This document shows, one piece after another, positions 24,603 through 35,217 of a stretch of DNA of 59,103 nt; position 1 is the first letter of the stretch; each line of letters opens with the position of its first letter. The notes under the pieces are model-generated. The model was not told the origin of the DNA, did not search any database, and was given only the letters and a program-made list of their open reading frames with translations. The position numbers and the translations under genes are program-made. The DNA comes from Atractiella rhizophila (Eukaryota), in the NCBI GenBank assembly GCA_021432655.1, contig MU271442.1:1-59103 (forward strand), read 5' to 3'.

Positions 24603-26730
24603 CTAAAACCTCCCTCCGAACCTCTCCCAATCATTCCTTCCCATCGCTTGGCTATCCCTTGAGTACATGCTGCTCCCGCTTCCCGAGCTCGCACTCATGC
24701 GATTTCCATTCCCGAAACCGCTCGCACCCCTCATTCCATATCCACCCACATCTAATCCGAACCCTCCACCTCCTCCGGAGAGCGCGCTGCCCCTCACATT
24801 GGATGCGACATCCGAACGCGCTTCCGTCACTCCTAATCCCAACCCAGCACCTTCACCCACGCCGAGGAATGGGTTCTGTTGAGGCGGAGGAGCCGGTTGG
24901 AAGGTGGCATAGTCCGTGGGACGAGGGGGAGCGAATGGATCGTTCATGTATTCGCTCTGGCCGCTCCTTCCACTTTGATAGCTCCTAAAGGAGGCTCCTC
25001 GCTGCAGTTGACTCATGCTCCTACTTCCTTCGGAAGAGATGTGCGAGCGCTGAGAATTCGTCCTCATCGGTTGTGGTGGAGGAGTGTCGAAGACGAAGGA
25101 CGGTTCGCGGTCACGGAAGAAAGAGGTCGTCCATCGACTTTGGCCGCCTCCGTTCTGATTTCTGCGACGACGCCAGAAGAAGAAGATAGCAGCGCTAGAG
25201 AGCGCGATAAGAGGAATGGAGACGCCAAGACCGACGGCTAGGGAGTTGCTCTTCCCTCCTCCTGAACCACCTCCGCTCCGTTCAGACGAAGAGGTACTAG
25301 TATCCGTTGGGTCAGGCGTGGGTGTCGGGAGGGGATCGGAGGCAGAGGAGATGGTGGGATTGAGGAGGGAAAAGCTCGTCGTTCCCGTGGTCGGGACAAC
25401 GAGAGGAAGCGAGTCTGTGGTCGTAGCGTCGCTTCCATCATCTGTCAAATCTCCCTGCCTTGCTCCGCTAGTATCCTCCCGGCTATTCCCATCGTCGGTC
25501 TGCTGTGGCTGTGTGACCTTCTCCGTGGCACTTGGAGACTCTTCCGAAGATGTGGTAGGCTCGCTTTCTGCAGAGGACGTAGTCGGGCTTGGATTGCTGT
25601 CGCTGCTGCTTTCTGTAACTGTATTGGTATTGGTATTAGTATCCGTTTGTTGCGCGTCCGAGGAAGTTTCGGCGGTTGTAGCCGCGTCAGTTGCTGAGGT
25701 GGTGGTACTATCAGTAGGAGTAGCGCCATTGTCACTTGTCGTCGAGGCGGCTTCTCCAGTCGGACTGTCAGCGTTCGGGGAGGAACCACTGGTGCTGTTC
25801 TGACCATCCGTTCCGTTACCAAAGGTTTTGAAAGTAGGACCAGCGGATCTATCGCGGCAGCCAAGAACTCAGCACCAAGCACGCAGCAGCGCGGAAAATC
25901 AAAAAGGGGGACGAACGGATCCTGGACTGGGTCGTCAGAGCTATCTACTCCCCCTATTCCCACAGCTTTTCCAGATGAGTCCGCATTAGTGATAACGAGG
26001 TCGAATGTCTTGGACGGATCGAGATTGAGAGCTTCAAAAAGGACAGCGGTGGACGCGTCCGTTTGGCGTTTGTTCCTTCTCCCCTCTGAGGAGGATTTAG
26101 AGCTATGCTTGCGGTGGCGGATCACGAAGCGGGTGGGAGACGTGTGGCGGCGAGCAAGGTCGGTTTCTGAGGTTTGAGAAGCGGAAGAGGTTTCGGAGGC
26201 GGATGTGGATGAGAGGGAGAGGGAGCTGGAGGAATCGACGGTGGTGCTATTTGTCCCTGTCGTCCTCTGAGAAGACGTGGTGCTCGTTGCTTCTGCATCA
26301 TCCTGATTCTGTTGCGGCGCAGCCCCAGCCCCGATGCCAGTGGGAGTAGTGGAATTGGCAAAGGTGGAAATATTGAATGTCTGTCCACCAAACGACACAG
26401 TCATAGCGCCGCTGTCAGGTCCAACGAAGCCTGTTAGCTTGATGCTCGAGGAACCTATCCATATAATCCGCCGATCAGTCCTTGATTCTTGTGACCGAGG
26501 GATGAAGATAGGTAAAATGAAAGGAGCAACACACCTGATACCGTAAGCTTCGCACTAGCACCCTGAACGGAAGTTGTCCCATCCTTCCAGCTATCCTGTG
26601 GCTCGAAAGTCCAGGCGGCAGTATCGGTGACGGGAATGTTGGTGTTTGCGGCCTGGGAAAGATTCAAGCAGAGTGTGGAAATTGACAAGGCCCAAAGGAA
26701 TAAGGGATGATGAAGTAAGGGACCCGCCAT
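24603..26730 (-). CDS. Type I single-pass cell-surface glycoprotein (signal peptide, beta-rich ectodomain, Ser/Thr stalk, TM, cytoplasmic tail); Mid2/Wsc-like topology
   Basis: Signal MAGPLLHHPLFLWALSISTLCLNLSQA; long S/T-rich region; TM LAVGLGVSIPLIALSSAAIFFFW followed by RRRR; tail with DPF and NPF motifs. Introns near 26430-26545 and 25850-25916. Confidence 0.8.
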
Positions 26731-28132
26731 TACTTTTTGTAATGTGGGGTAGGGAACGAATATTTACCAGCGAATGTTTGATATTTGTCAAGTCCTGAGT
26801 GACAAGGAGGTGAAGGGAAGTTGGTGGTTTTTGCGAGGAAGCTGTTGCTAGGCTTATAGTTCCGCTTTGTAGTCCTTTTCTTACATGCTTCATCATGCGG
26901 ACCGCACACCGCCGATCATGCTCCTGAAATTTTGAAAGGCTTTGTGTCTCCAATTCACGCTAGGATCGCTCAAAGATCTTCCTGCTGTGTCTCCTGACGG
27001 CGTCTTTGGACTTTTAGGTTAGGTTAGTATCTGAGCGTTAACATGGTAACAAATGATTGGATGGAGAGGGGAGAGGTAAGGAAATATGTAAGCTTGACGA
27101 ATCTTTTCAGCAAAGAAGCAGGTGAAAAGCAAGGAAAAGTAGTTGGCCATTATTGTATGCGTTGAAACCTGTACCCGCTGCAATAATCCATAACGTCGCA
27201 TGCTCATGCTCAAGTTGCCAAGTTTACATTTCGCAAACCAAGCTGGCAGCTTTCTTTCTTTGAACTTCAGTTAAATGCCAATTGATATACAGTGCAACCA
27301 AGAACTCAAAGTTTGAGAGCTAGAAGGGATGTCAGTAGCCAATGCTTTTAGCATTGCGTGGGACTCTAGACATGATGAATTGAAATTTCTCATGGATGTT
27401 TCGTTTCTTCTCTCTACGCACATTCAACGCGTCCAGCCTAGTACAAAGACTCGTTCCTCCAGTGCTTGAGTCTTTGGGTAAATGCGCGGGAAAGAATCCC
27501 CCGATATTATGTTTCGGATTCCGTTCTGACAAGCTGCTAATTTTTAGCCTCCATCATCTCAGTCTCTACAAATCATTCAAGTTCCCTTAACTTCTGAAGG
27601 TTAATAGGGATGCCAGCCGACGAAGGTGGTGCAATTGAACTAGAGTGGAGATGGCGCTATCTCAACTTTTCCTACACAGGTATCTCTTCCTTTCCCATCG
27701 TTTCATGTCTATAGCAAAGGTATTGAACTGGATTTGTGTCTGGTCACTCAGATAATGAGGTGGACGCTCCGTTGACCCATCACTCCATCGGCACTGTATA
27801 CGCTCCCAACTATCCTATCTACCCTGTACACCTTCCATTCGTTGACTTAGAAGGGAAATGCGCGGAAAGGATTCCACCGATTTCGTGGGACTCCGCTTTC
27901 GGCTGACTATCGATGACATTTGCGCGCACCATTTCGAGCCGAGCCTAGCGCAGTTTTGCGAGTGCGTCTCGTGAAGGAATGATGAACCGCTGAAGGGCAG
28001 CAAGGGTTTGGCCTTGTACTCGACTTCTAGCTGGTCACTGCGTTGCCTGAAGGTGGTGCAATGGAGCGAGTGTGGAGTGGTGAAGTGGTGTCGAGAGATA
28101 GGGTGTTGCTGGACCAAACGAGTTGAGGTACA

Positions 28133-28142
28133 TATATATAAA
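28133..28142 (+). promoter_or_regulatory. Candidate TATA box (TATATATAAA) of the esterase gene
   Basis: About 100 nt upstream of ATG 28244. Confidence 0.45.
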
Positions 28143-28243
28143 CTGGTTTCTTTACCATCACATAGCACTCAAAGTATTCGACATTCTCGTTTGCAGAGCC
28201 TCGATTGTGACGCCTACAGCTTGAAACCGAACAATCCTTCGAG

Positions 28244-29435
28244 ATGACTGCATCTGACTATCCACGCCTTCTCCCCGAGCTTCGAGAGTGGTATTCCCAG
28301 ACATGGTCGTCCGGTTATTCCACGAAGGAGCATCCATCAAAGAACATGCGCGCATTCCCTGTCAAATTCTCAGCACTGGAAGAAACCGTCGCAAGAGGTG
28401 AGAACACGTACATCCAAGGAGGCGACGGGCAGGACCTCAGGCTTTGGGTTGTGAGGCCTACTGGAGTGACGGCCACCGGTGTGACCCTCCTCAGTTTCCA
28501 CGCAGGGGGTGGAGTGTCGCTGGCCCCAGAGTATGCCTTCCCTCCAATTCACAAACCTACACGGAAGAAAACTGATTCTTGGGTGACTGAAGGCTGAATA
28601 ATGGACTATATTCTCTCCTCGCTGAGCATGGGATCACCATCGTGTCAGTCGATTATCGCCTTGCACCGGAACATCCTCTTCCCGCTTCTCCCAAAGACGC
28701 CTATGCCGCCTGGAGCTTTGTCACTTCTGCTGACGGAGCGAAACAGCTCAATATTGATCCAAAGAGGGTGGGGCTGCTGGGAAGCTCTTTTGGTGGCTTC
28801 CTTGCGGGAGGTCTGAGCCAGAGGCTAGCTAAGCAGGAGGGAGGCATAAACCCTTTCATTGTGATTCTTGACGGGTTTGTCTTCTACATTTCGTGAGGCA
28901 GAGCTCATAATAAATTTGTCAGTTCCATGCTGTCGGATCCTCTGAATGCCTGGAAGCCAGAGCAAGGCGAATTGGCTAAGTATTACCATGTGCGTTTCTC
29001 TTCCATGAGTTATTGATAGCGTGAATAACTATTGTTCAGATCTGGACGACTGCCAATGATGAAGATGTGACACATCACCTCGACTCTCCAGAAGCCAACA
29101 AACAGGCCCTCTCTCCTTTGAATACCATCCGCTCTCTGTCGAAAGAGGAGCTTTCTCGCCTCCCACCACATTGTAATGCTCTACGTATTTTCATAATAGA
29201 AACACAACTAATCATTGACATGACAGTTATCAATATGGGGGAACTCGACTCTGCCTCTGCTGGCGACTATGAATATGGAAGATTTCTCCTTGACGCTGGC
29301 GTACCCACAGACGTAAGGGTCTGGAGAGGAACGGTCCACATATTTCCCACTTTCGTGTCAAGGGCCGAGGTGAGTAAGAGAACAGTCCGGGATTGGGTGG
29401 AAGCGATTAGAGACATTGATGGACAACGCGCGTAG
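28244..29435 (+). CDS. Alpha/beta hydrolase, hormone-sensitive-lipase (Abhydrolase_3) family esterase
   Basis: FHAGGG oxyanion motif, VSVDYRLAPEHPLPA...DAYAAW, nucleophile GSSFGG, GELD (Asp) and GTVHIF (His). Four introns. Confidence 0.9.
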
Positions 29436-29607
29436 TCCAAACCATGGCCTAAATGCCGGTGTAAACTTAGAACTACAACGAGTTTGTCAATCGACGACGA
29501 TAGAGTGCCCTGTAAATTGTCAAATGAATGTGCAGCCAGCAAAAATGGAGGGCAGCCAATTCAACATGGGGGTCGAGCGTCCACAACCATGATGGGAAAA
29601 AGAGCGA

Positions 29608-31313
29608 CTAGCAGGTTATTCGCGGCTTGAAATCAAATTTGAGACTGCGATCTCCCTTTAGGATTCCCCAGCCCGGAAGTGTATCGTCGTCGAATATCTA
29701 CGAAAGGTTCAGTATTGTGAGCGAGCTAAGACAGATGACGACTGACATGCGCGAACCACCCAACCTTCATGTTCTTGAAGTCGTCACAATGTCCGTCAAG
29801 GAGGTCAAAATACTGCTTCTCCGAGTCGACCGAGGCGACAGCCTCTTCGTTATTGGCCTACATATGCGTAAACAATTGATCCATCGAAGAAGGAGAAGGA
29901 CTACCTTCCAAACCTCGTCACTGGATGGCCATCCGGTCTGTGTGACGCGAAGGATCTTTCCAGGGGCATGTTTCGTAAAGTAACCTATTGCCCAGTAAAC
30001 ATTTCCCCAAGCATTTGCGCCAGTTTTCGCATCTCTACACAAAAGATAAGACAATAAATCAGCATAGCTAGTTGGACTCACGCGCTGAAAAAGGGTAGAA
30101 CATTTCCTTCCACAATGTCGATGTTTTGAAATACCTGCGGAGCGTCTCCATTGGACTGATACCCGTAAGGCATCTCTGAAACAGTGACCTGCATCCCGAA
30201 CTTCTGCAACTTTTTCTGCACCGTCACGATTTGCACGGCCATATCGTCAGGGGAAAGGACACCGTCGTAGAGGGGCTCAGATCCGATAGCGATATTTCGA
30301 ATGACGAATGGAGCCTGTCTGTGCCGCTTTACTATTGCGAATAAAGAGTACGAGAGCAGACCTTGGGATTGGTTTGGACTGTCTTGATCAAACTAGAGAG
30401 TCTTTTCTTCCATTTATCATCCCCGTCGAATCCAAACCAGACTAAGCTGTAGATGCCCACATTAGACTCGGTGGCGGCCGCAATAATATCATCCCAAAAC
30501 CTTCGAAGCATCAGCACTGAGTAGGAGAGGAAGAACAGCTGGCGTACCCAGCGTTATCACAGTTACCATACATTCGAACATAGCGGGCGTGGAACTTGCT
30601 CCGCATCAAAGAAAAGTCTTGAGCGACTGGCTTACCCACTGTCAAGGATTGGCTCGAAAGGAAAAGAAAAGGGATGACGCACGCTCCGCCTGCGATTTAC
30701 ACTCCCCAACATCGTACGAGAACCCCATGAAGGCATATTCCTTCTTCTGATCGCACCACCAGCCATCCAAATCCTTCGTCGTGGATCCGTCCGTCCAATC
30801 AGGCACTGAACGGGTGTACAAAGGAAAGCAGCCAAGCCTTGGGGTCGCGGTAGGCTTTGGGGTTGAAGAATAGCTTGAAGTTGCAGCAGGAACGGAGGTA
30901 GAGAAGCTACTGTGCAGTGATGTCGTTGGAGGGTCGAGTGTGAGGTCCAAGCTCTTGGGGTTCGGACGAGGAGTTTGACATTGAAGAACGCCCATCGAAT
31001 CGACACGGCAGATACTCGGACTGTTCATACAGGTATAAATGAGACGGACTAAACCTGGAGAAGCTACTGACACATTCGTGTTTACAGGCCGGGCAGCAAC
31101 GGAAGATGTCATCTTGGTGTTGCTCTTCATAGGTAGCTTCTGAACCATCGGCTGTTCTGCAACGTGAGAGGAACGTGCAACTTGTCGTGAGAGCTGAAGA
31201 GGCGGGAGATCGGGAGCTGGTGCTGGAAGGTTTCCTGTCGCCGCAGGAGCTCCAGCGGTCGAAAGAATACAGGTGGATAAGATAGAAAAGGTCGTAAAGG
31301 TCAAAGAATGCAT
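29608..31313 (-). CDS. Secreted glycoside hydrolase family 17-like protein (beta-1,3-glucanase/transglycosylase fold) with Pro/Ser/Thr-rich N-terminal region
   Basis: Signal peptide MHSLTFTTFSILSTCILSTAG; ARYVRMYGNCD, IYSLVWFGFDG, IAIGSEPLYD, VTVSE, NVLPFF, TQTGWPS, VGWFAHIFDD...GWGI. Confidence 0.85.
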
Positions 31314-32769
31314 GTTGGGAAAGAACGAATGTGGGTTGGGGCAGGCAAGACGCTCCTTGGAGACCAGCAGCAATAGCGTGGGAGATAACGCACGTCCTCT
31401 TTATGAAGGCCCAGCCTAAAAGAAATGTGTGGCAAAGAGCCAAACGGGCGAAGCCAGTCGTCCGTGCGAGGTTACCTCAGCTCGTTAACTTGAAGAGTCA
31501 AAGAAAGGCACAAATCAACTTCTGTTGCCCATCCAACATCGGCATAACCTTTAAGTAGCTCTTGGTCGCTTTATGGCGTGGACAATGTTCGTTTTGCACA
31601 AGGGAAGCGAAGCAATATGGGAGCTTCCCGCTGAGAAAGAGGAAGCACTGAGTGAGAAAGGGGTTCAAGCGAAGTTCAGATAAGTGCATTCTGGGAGAAA
31701 AGGAGATAGATCCGATATAACGAGAAGTGATATGCACCCAGATCATTCAACGAGGCACATCAATTTATCGACTTAACAAAAAGTAACACTTCACTTTAGG
31801 AATATAAAGAAAGCAGAAGCATGGGCAGACTCAACCATGCAAAGTAGGCATTCACCGCATGGACATTGAGACGATTTATGATGGAGAAGTCCAATCGAAA
31901 GCGAAGGCTAATTGAACTTGTAACTGAGAGCACAAGCGAGTAAAACAATGTATGTGCTTGAATCAATTGATTGCTAGGCCCACCAGCGTTCAAATTCGCG
32001 CAAACTAACTTCAACACCCTGCAGCATTTAGTCAACTTGAAGCGAATGTTATTAATGAAAGACCATGGAATATTGAATATTTGATGTAAGTAGTGGTGGT
32101 CCCTACAAAGAAAGTCATAGTTTGGGCATTTCATCGCCGACATCGGACACGTGCTTGCCTTCAAACCAACAGAAGCTGGTAGAAGTGCCTTACTAGATAT
32201 TGCTCAGTCACTCAAAAGCTCATAGCGAGTACGCGCTTCCCAGGTAAGGCAATCATAAAAGTTGAATATGGGGAATGTTGGTGGTTACGAGAGCCTTGTG
32301 GAAATGATATATGATGTATACCTGGAATTGAAGCAAGCAAAGCTTAGCGCTCAAGCACTCAAACTTGATAACTTCACACATTCTTAAACACGTTGTGACT
32401 AGCTAGTCAGACACATGTCTGCTTCACCCGTTGCGTTGGCAGGTCGGACATAAATGCAATATTGGCTCTTCCGCCTCGATGTAGTTGAGTTGGCGACAAT
32501 ACCACGCACAAGAGGTGAACAATACATGTCACTGCTCAGTCCGTTTCTCCCTTTTGTAATTCCTTCCATAGGTGTGTCTCAAATGTCATTCTGGAGGCAA
32601 TCCCTGCTGTACATGAAAATCGGTAGCCTATTCATTTTTCTGACATGACAAATCCGTGGGTCATGCAAGTAGCTATAACGTAGAAGGTTGTTGTTTTCTA
32701 GCAGCAACAATTTCCTGGGGCGACATGCCAGGCGTCACTAGCGAGCATGGCACTGAGTACTGATCCCTT

Positions 32770-32776
32770 TATAAAA
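32770..32776 (+). promoter_or_regulatory. Candidate TATA box (TATAAAA) of the amidohydrolase gene
   Basis: About 45 nt upstream of ATG 32817. Confidence 0.4.
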
Positions 32777-32816
32777 ACAGACACCTACCGACAGTTACGA
32801 ATCATTCCAAGACAGT

Positions 32817-34712
32817 ATGTTCATTCCCGACAATCAATCGACTCCGGTGGACAGCTACGATAAATTTTATTATCCTCCACAAGCAGATCTCGATTTGAGT
32901 GCAAAACCTTGGGTCCTTTCGCCACCAAAAGCGCTCAAGTTCATTCGTGAGTCTAATGTATCATATGCGATTGTGATGACGCTCATTGACAAATGCAGAC
33001 GCCAACGTTGTTGATACACCGTCCCTGAAAGTTCTCGAAAACTACACACTCTGTACGAAGGACGGAGTTGTCACGAAGCTTGCTCCATCAACATTAGAAG
33101 ATGGCGAGAATGATGAATCGCAGTACAAAACCATCGATGTGGAAGGACTCTTTCTATGCCCTGGTCTCATAGATTGTCACGTCAGCTGTCCCATTCGACT
33201 GCATTGTAGAAACTCGCTGACTCCAGCTGTAGGTACACATTACTGCCATTCCAGGTTACTCCTCGATAAGCGCAATGTTTCACACATCTCGAGACGAGAC
33301 AGTCTTGCGATCCGCATACGTGCTCAAAAGCATGCTTGCCCGTGGATACACGACCGTTCGCGATGTTGGCGGCGCGACTAAAGCCCACGGTGGGTCCTCA
33401 GATGTTGACAAGAATGATGCCTTACTCACCTTCTCTCAGCGGACGCGACGGCACAGTGGTTGGTTCCTGGACCAAGAGTCTTTCAAGGTGCGGTATCCTT
33501 CTAAGAACCATCGTCTCCAGACGGATCTGGTGTGTCACAGGAGGACCACTGCTAAGCCAGAGCGGAGGTATGTCCAAGCCACAACCAAAGGCTGACCTTG
33601 ACAGTTAGGGTGAAGGACACGGCGATATTGGAGATCCCTTTGCCTCCATATGCTGCGCCTCGAAAAGCTCCACGCCAGGCCTTTCACTCATTCTCGATGG
33701 AGTTCCAGAGGCGTTGAGGACTTCGAGAAATATAATGAAGCAAGGAGCTGACCATATCAAGGTATCAAGAAGTGTTACAATGTTCATTAATGTGAAGTTG
33801 ACACAATTTGCAGATTTGTACGAGCGGCGGCGTAGGAAGCGTCACAGATGTCCTCGAGGGAACCCAGTTCACACAGGAAGAGCTGAAGGCGATCACCGGA
33901 ACGGTCAAAAATATGAGTGCGGGCAAAAGCCTTGTGACGACGCATTGTTACACCTCTGAAGGTATCCGACATGCCATAGAGGTGCCCCATCCGGCTCCTA
34001 CTCTCTCAGGAGTTTGACATCTCTTTAGGGTGGCGTAGGTTGTATTGAGCATGGAAATCTTTTGGATCGACCGACTGCCCGCTTGATGGCAGAAAAAGGC
34101 ATCTTTCTGTATGCTTTAACTTGCATTCAGTTACGTGATACGTTCACTGATTCTGGTGAAGCACCCCAACTCTGGCAGTTCACCAAGTGCTCGCGTCTCC
34201 GCCGTTCAATAAGTTTATCTTGCCGTCGCAGCTCGAGAAGAATGAAATTGTTCGCCAGAAGGGACTAGAGGCTATTCAGATTGCAGAAGAGGAAGGAGTG
34301 ACAGTTTGTTTGGGTATGTGTTTTGTGAGACGTTGGTTTGCGCCTAATCCGATATAGGGAGCGATATGCTGGGACCTCAACACCCATTTCAGACCAATGA
34401 GTTCCCTGTCAGAGCTAAGGTTCTATCCAGTCCAACAGTCCTCAAACAAGCGACTATAAACGGTGGTTAGTAGTTTGACTATATTGGGAGAAATCATTCA
34501 TGCGGCATGCAGCGAAGCTGGTGGGACTTGAAGCCAAAGCTGGCCAGCTTACTGTTGGGGCGTTTGCCGATATCTTAATTCTGAAGAAAAATCCATTACT
34601 CGATGTCACCATCTTGGACCGACCCAAGGAGAACTTGCTTGGAGTTATTAAGGAAGGAAGATGTGTGAAAAGTAGCGTCGATGGGTTAATTGTCGAGATA
34701 CCGCTGGTATGA
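32817..34712 (+). CDS. Metal-dependent amidohydrolase (Xaa-Pro dipeptidase / prolidase-like subgroup)
   Basis: PGLIDCHVH (HxH), GYTTVRDVGG, SQSGGHGD, GADHIKICTSGGV (carboxylated Lys), THCY, IEHGNL, GSDML, ATINAAKLVG...G....GAFAD. About 10 short introns. Confidence 0.92.
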
Positions 34713-35217
34713 TTATCAAGAGCACAGACTGCCATTCCAATGGTTGAGCAACATCAATTAAATATACGCGTATGTCTTAGCATTATACAGAATCTGTTGA
34801 CTCGGGACGTAATGGGAAAAGATCAGTCAATGAGACAATGGAATGCACAAATTCGAATTGTGCCTGTGGTAAAGAATGACGCGAACGAGCGATGGTACAG
34901 TGAACGAGTGAGCCGCTACAGACTCCCATGAAGGAAACGAATTCTAACTCAAACCTCCGCCTGCTGAACAAAGAATAAACCAAGCAGGATAAAAATCATT
35001 TCCCGAGAATAACACTCGAGCTCCAGAAGAAACACGTGTGGAATGAAAAGAGACGACGAGAAAGGATTTGTTTTCAAAGCTGAAGTGCGAAAGTGGAACG
35101 GAGATGCGATCAATGTTTTGGGATGACAGGCGAATCCGACAAAAAAGAACAACAATAAGCTAAAGGGGTTAAAGTGCGAATAGCTTGGATTCCTTTCCAT
35201 ATCGGAAGGTACGAATT

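Noticed and set aside
27651..27776. ATG plus GT...AG upstream of the esterase as an alternative first exon
   Set aside because: The spliced frames hit stop codons. The TATA box at 28133 and ATG 28244 fit better.
28244..34712. Esterase, GH17 and amidohydrolase as a metabolic gene cluster
   Set aside because: No backbone enzyme, transcription factor or transporter alongside, and no shared pathway. All are intron-rich, so there is no sign of recent horizontal transfer.
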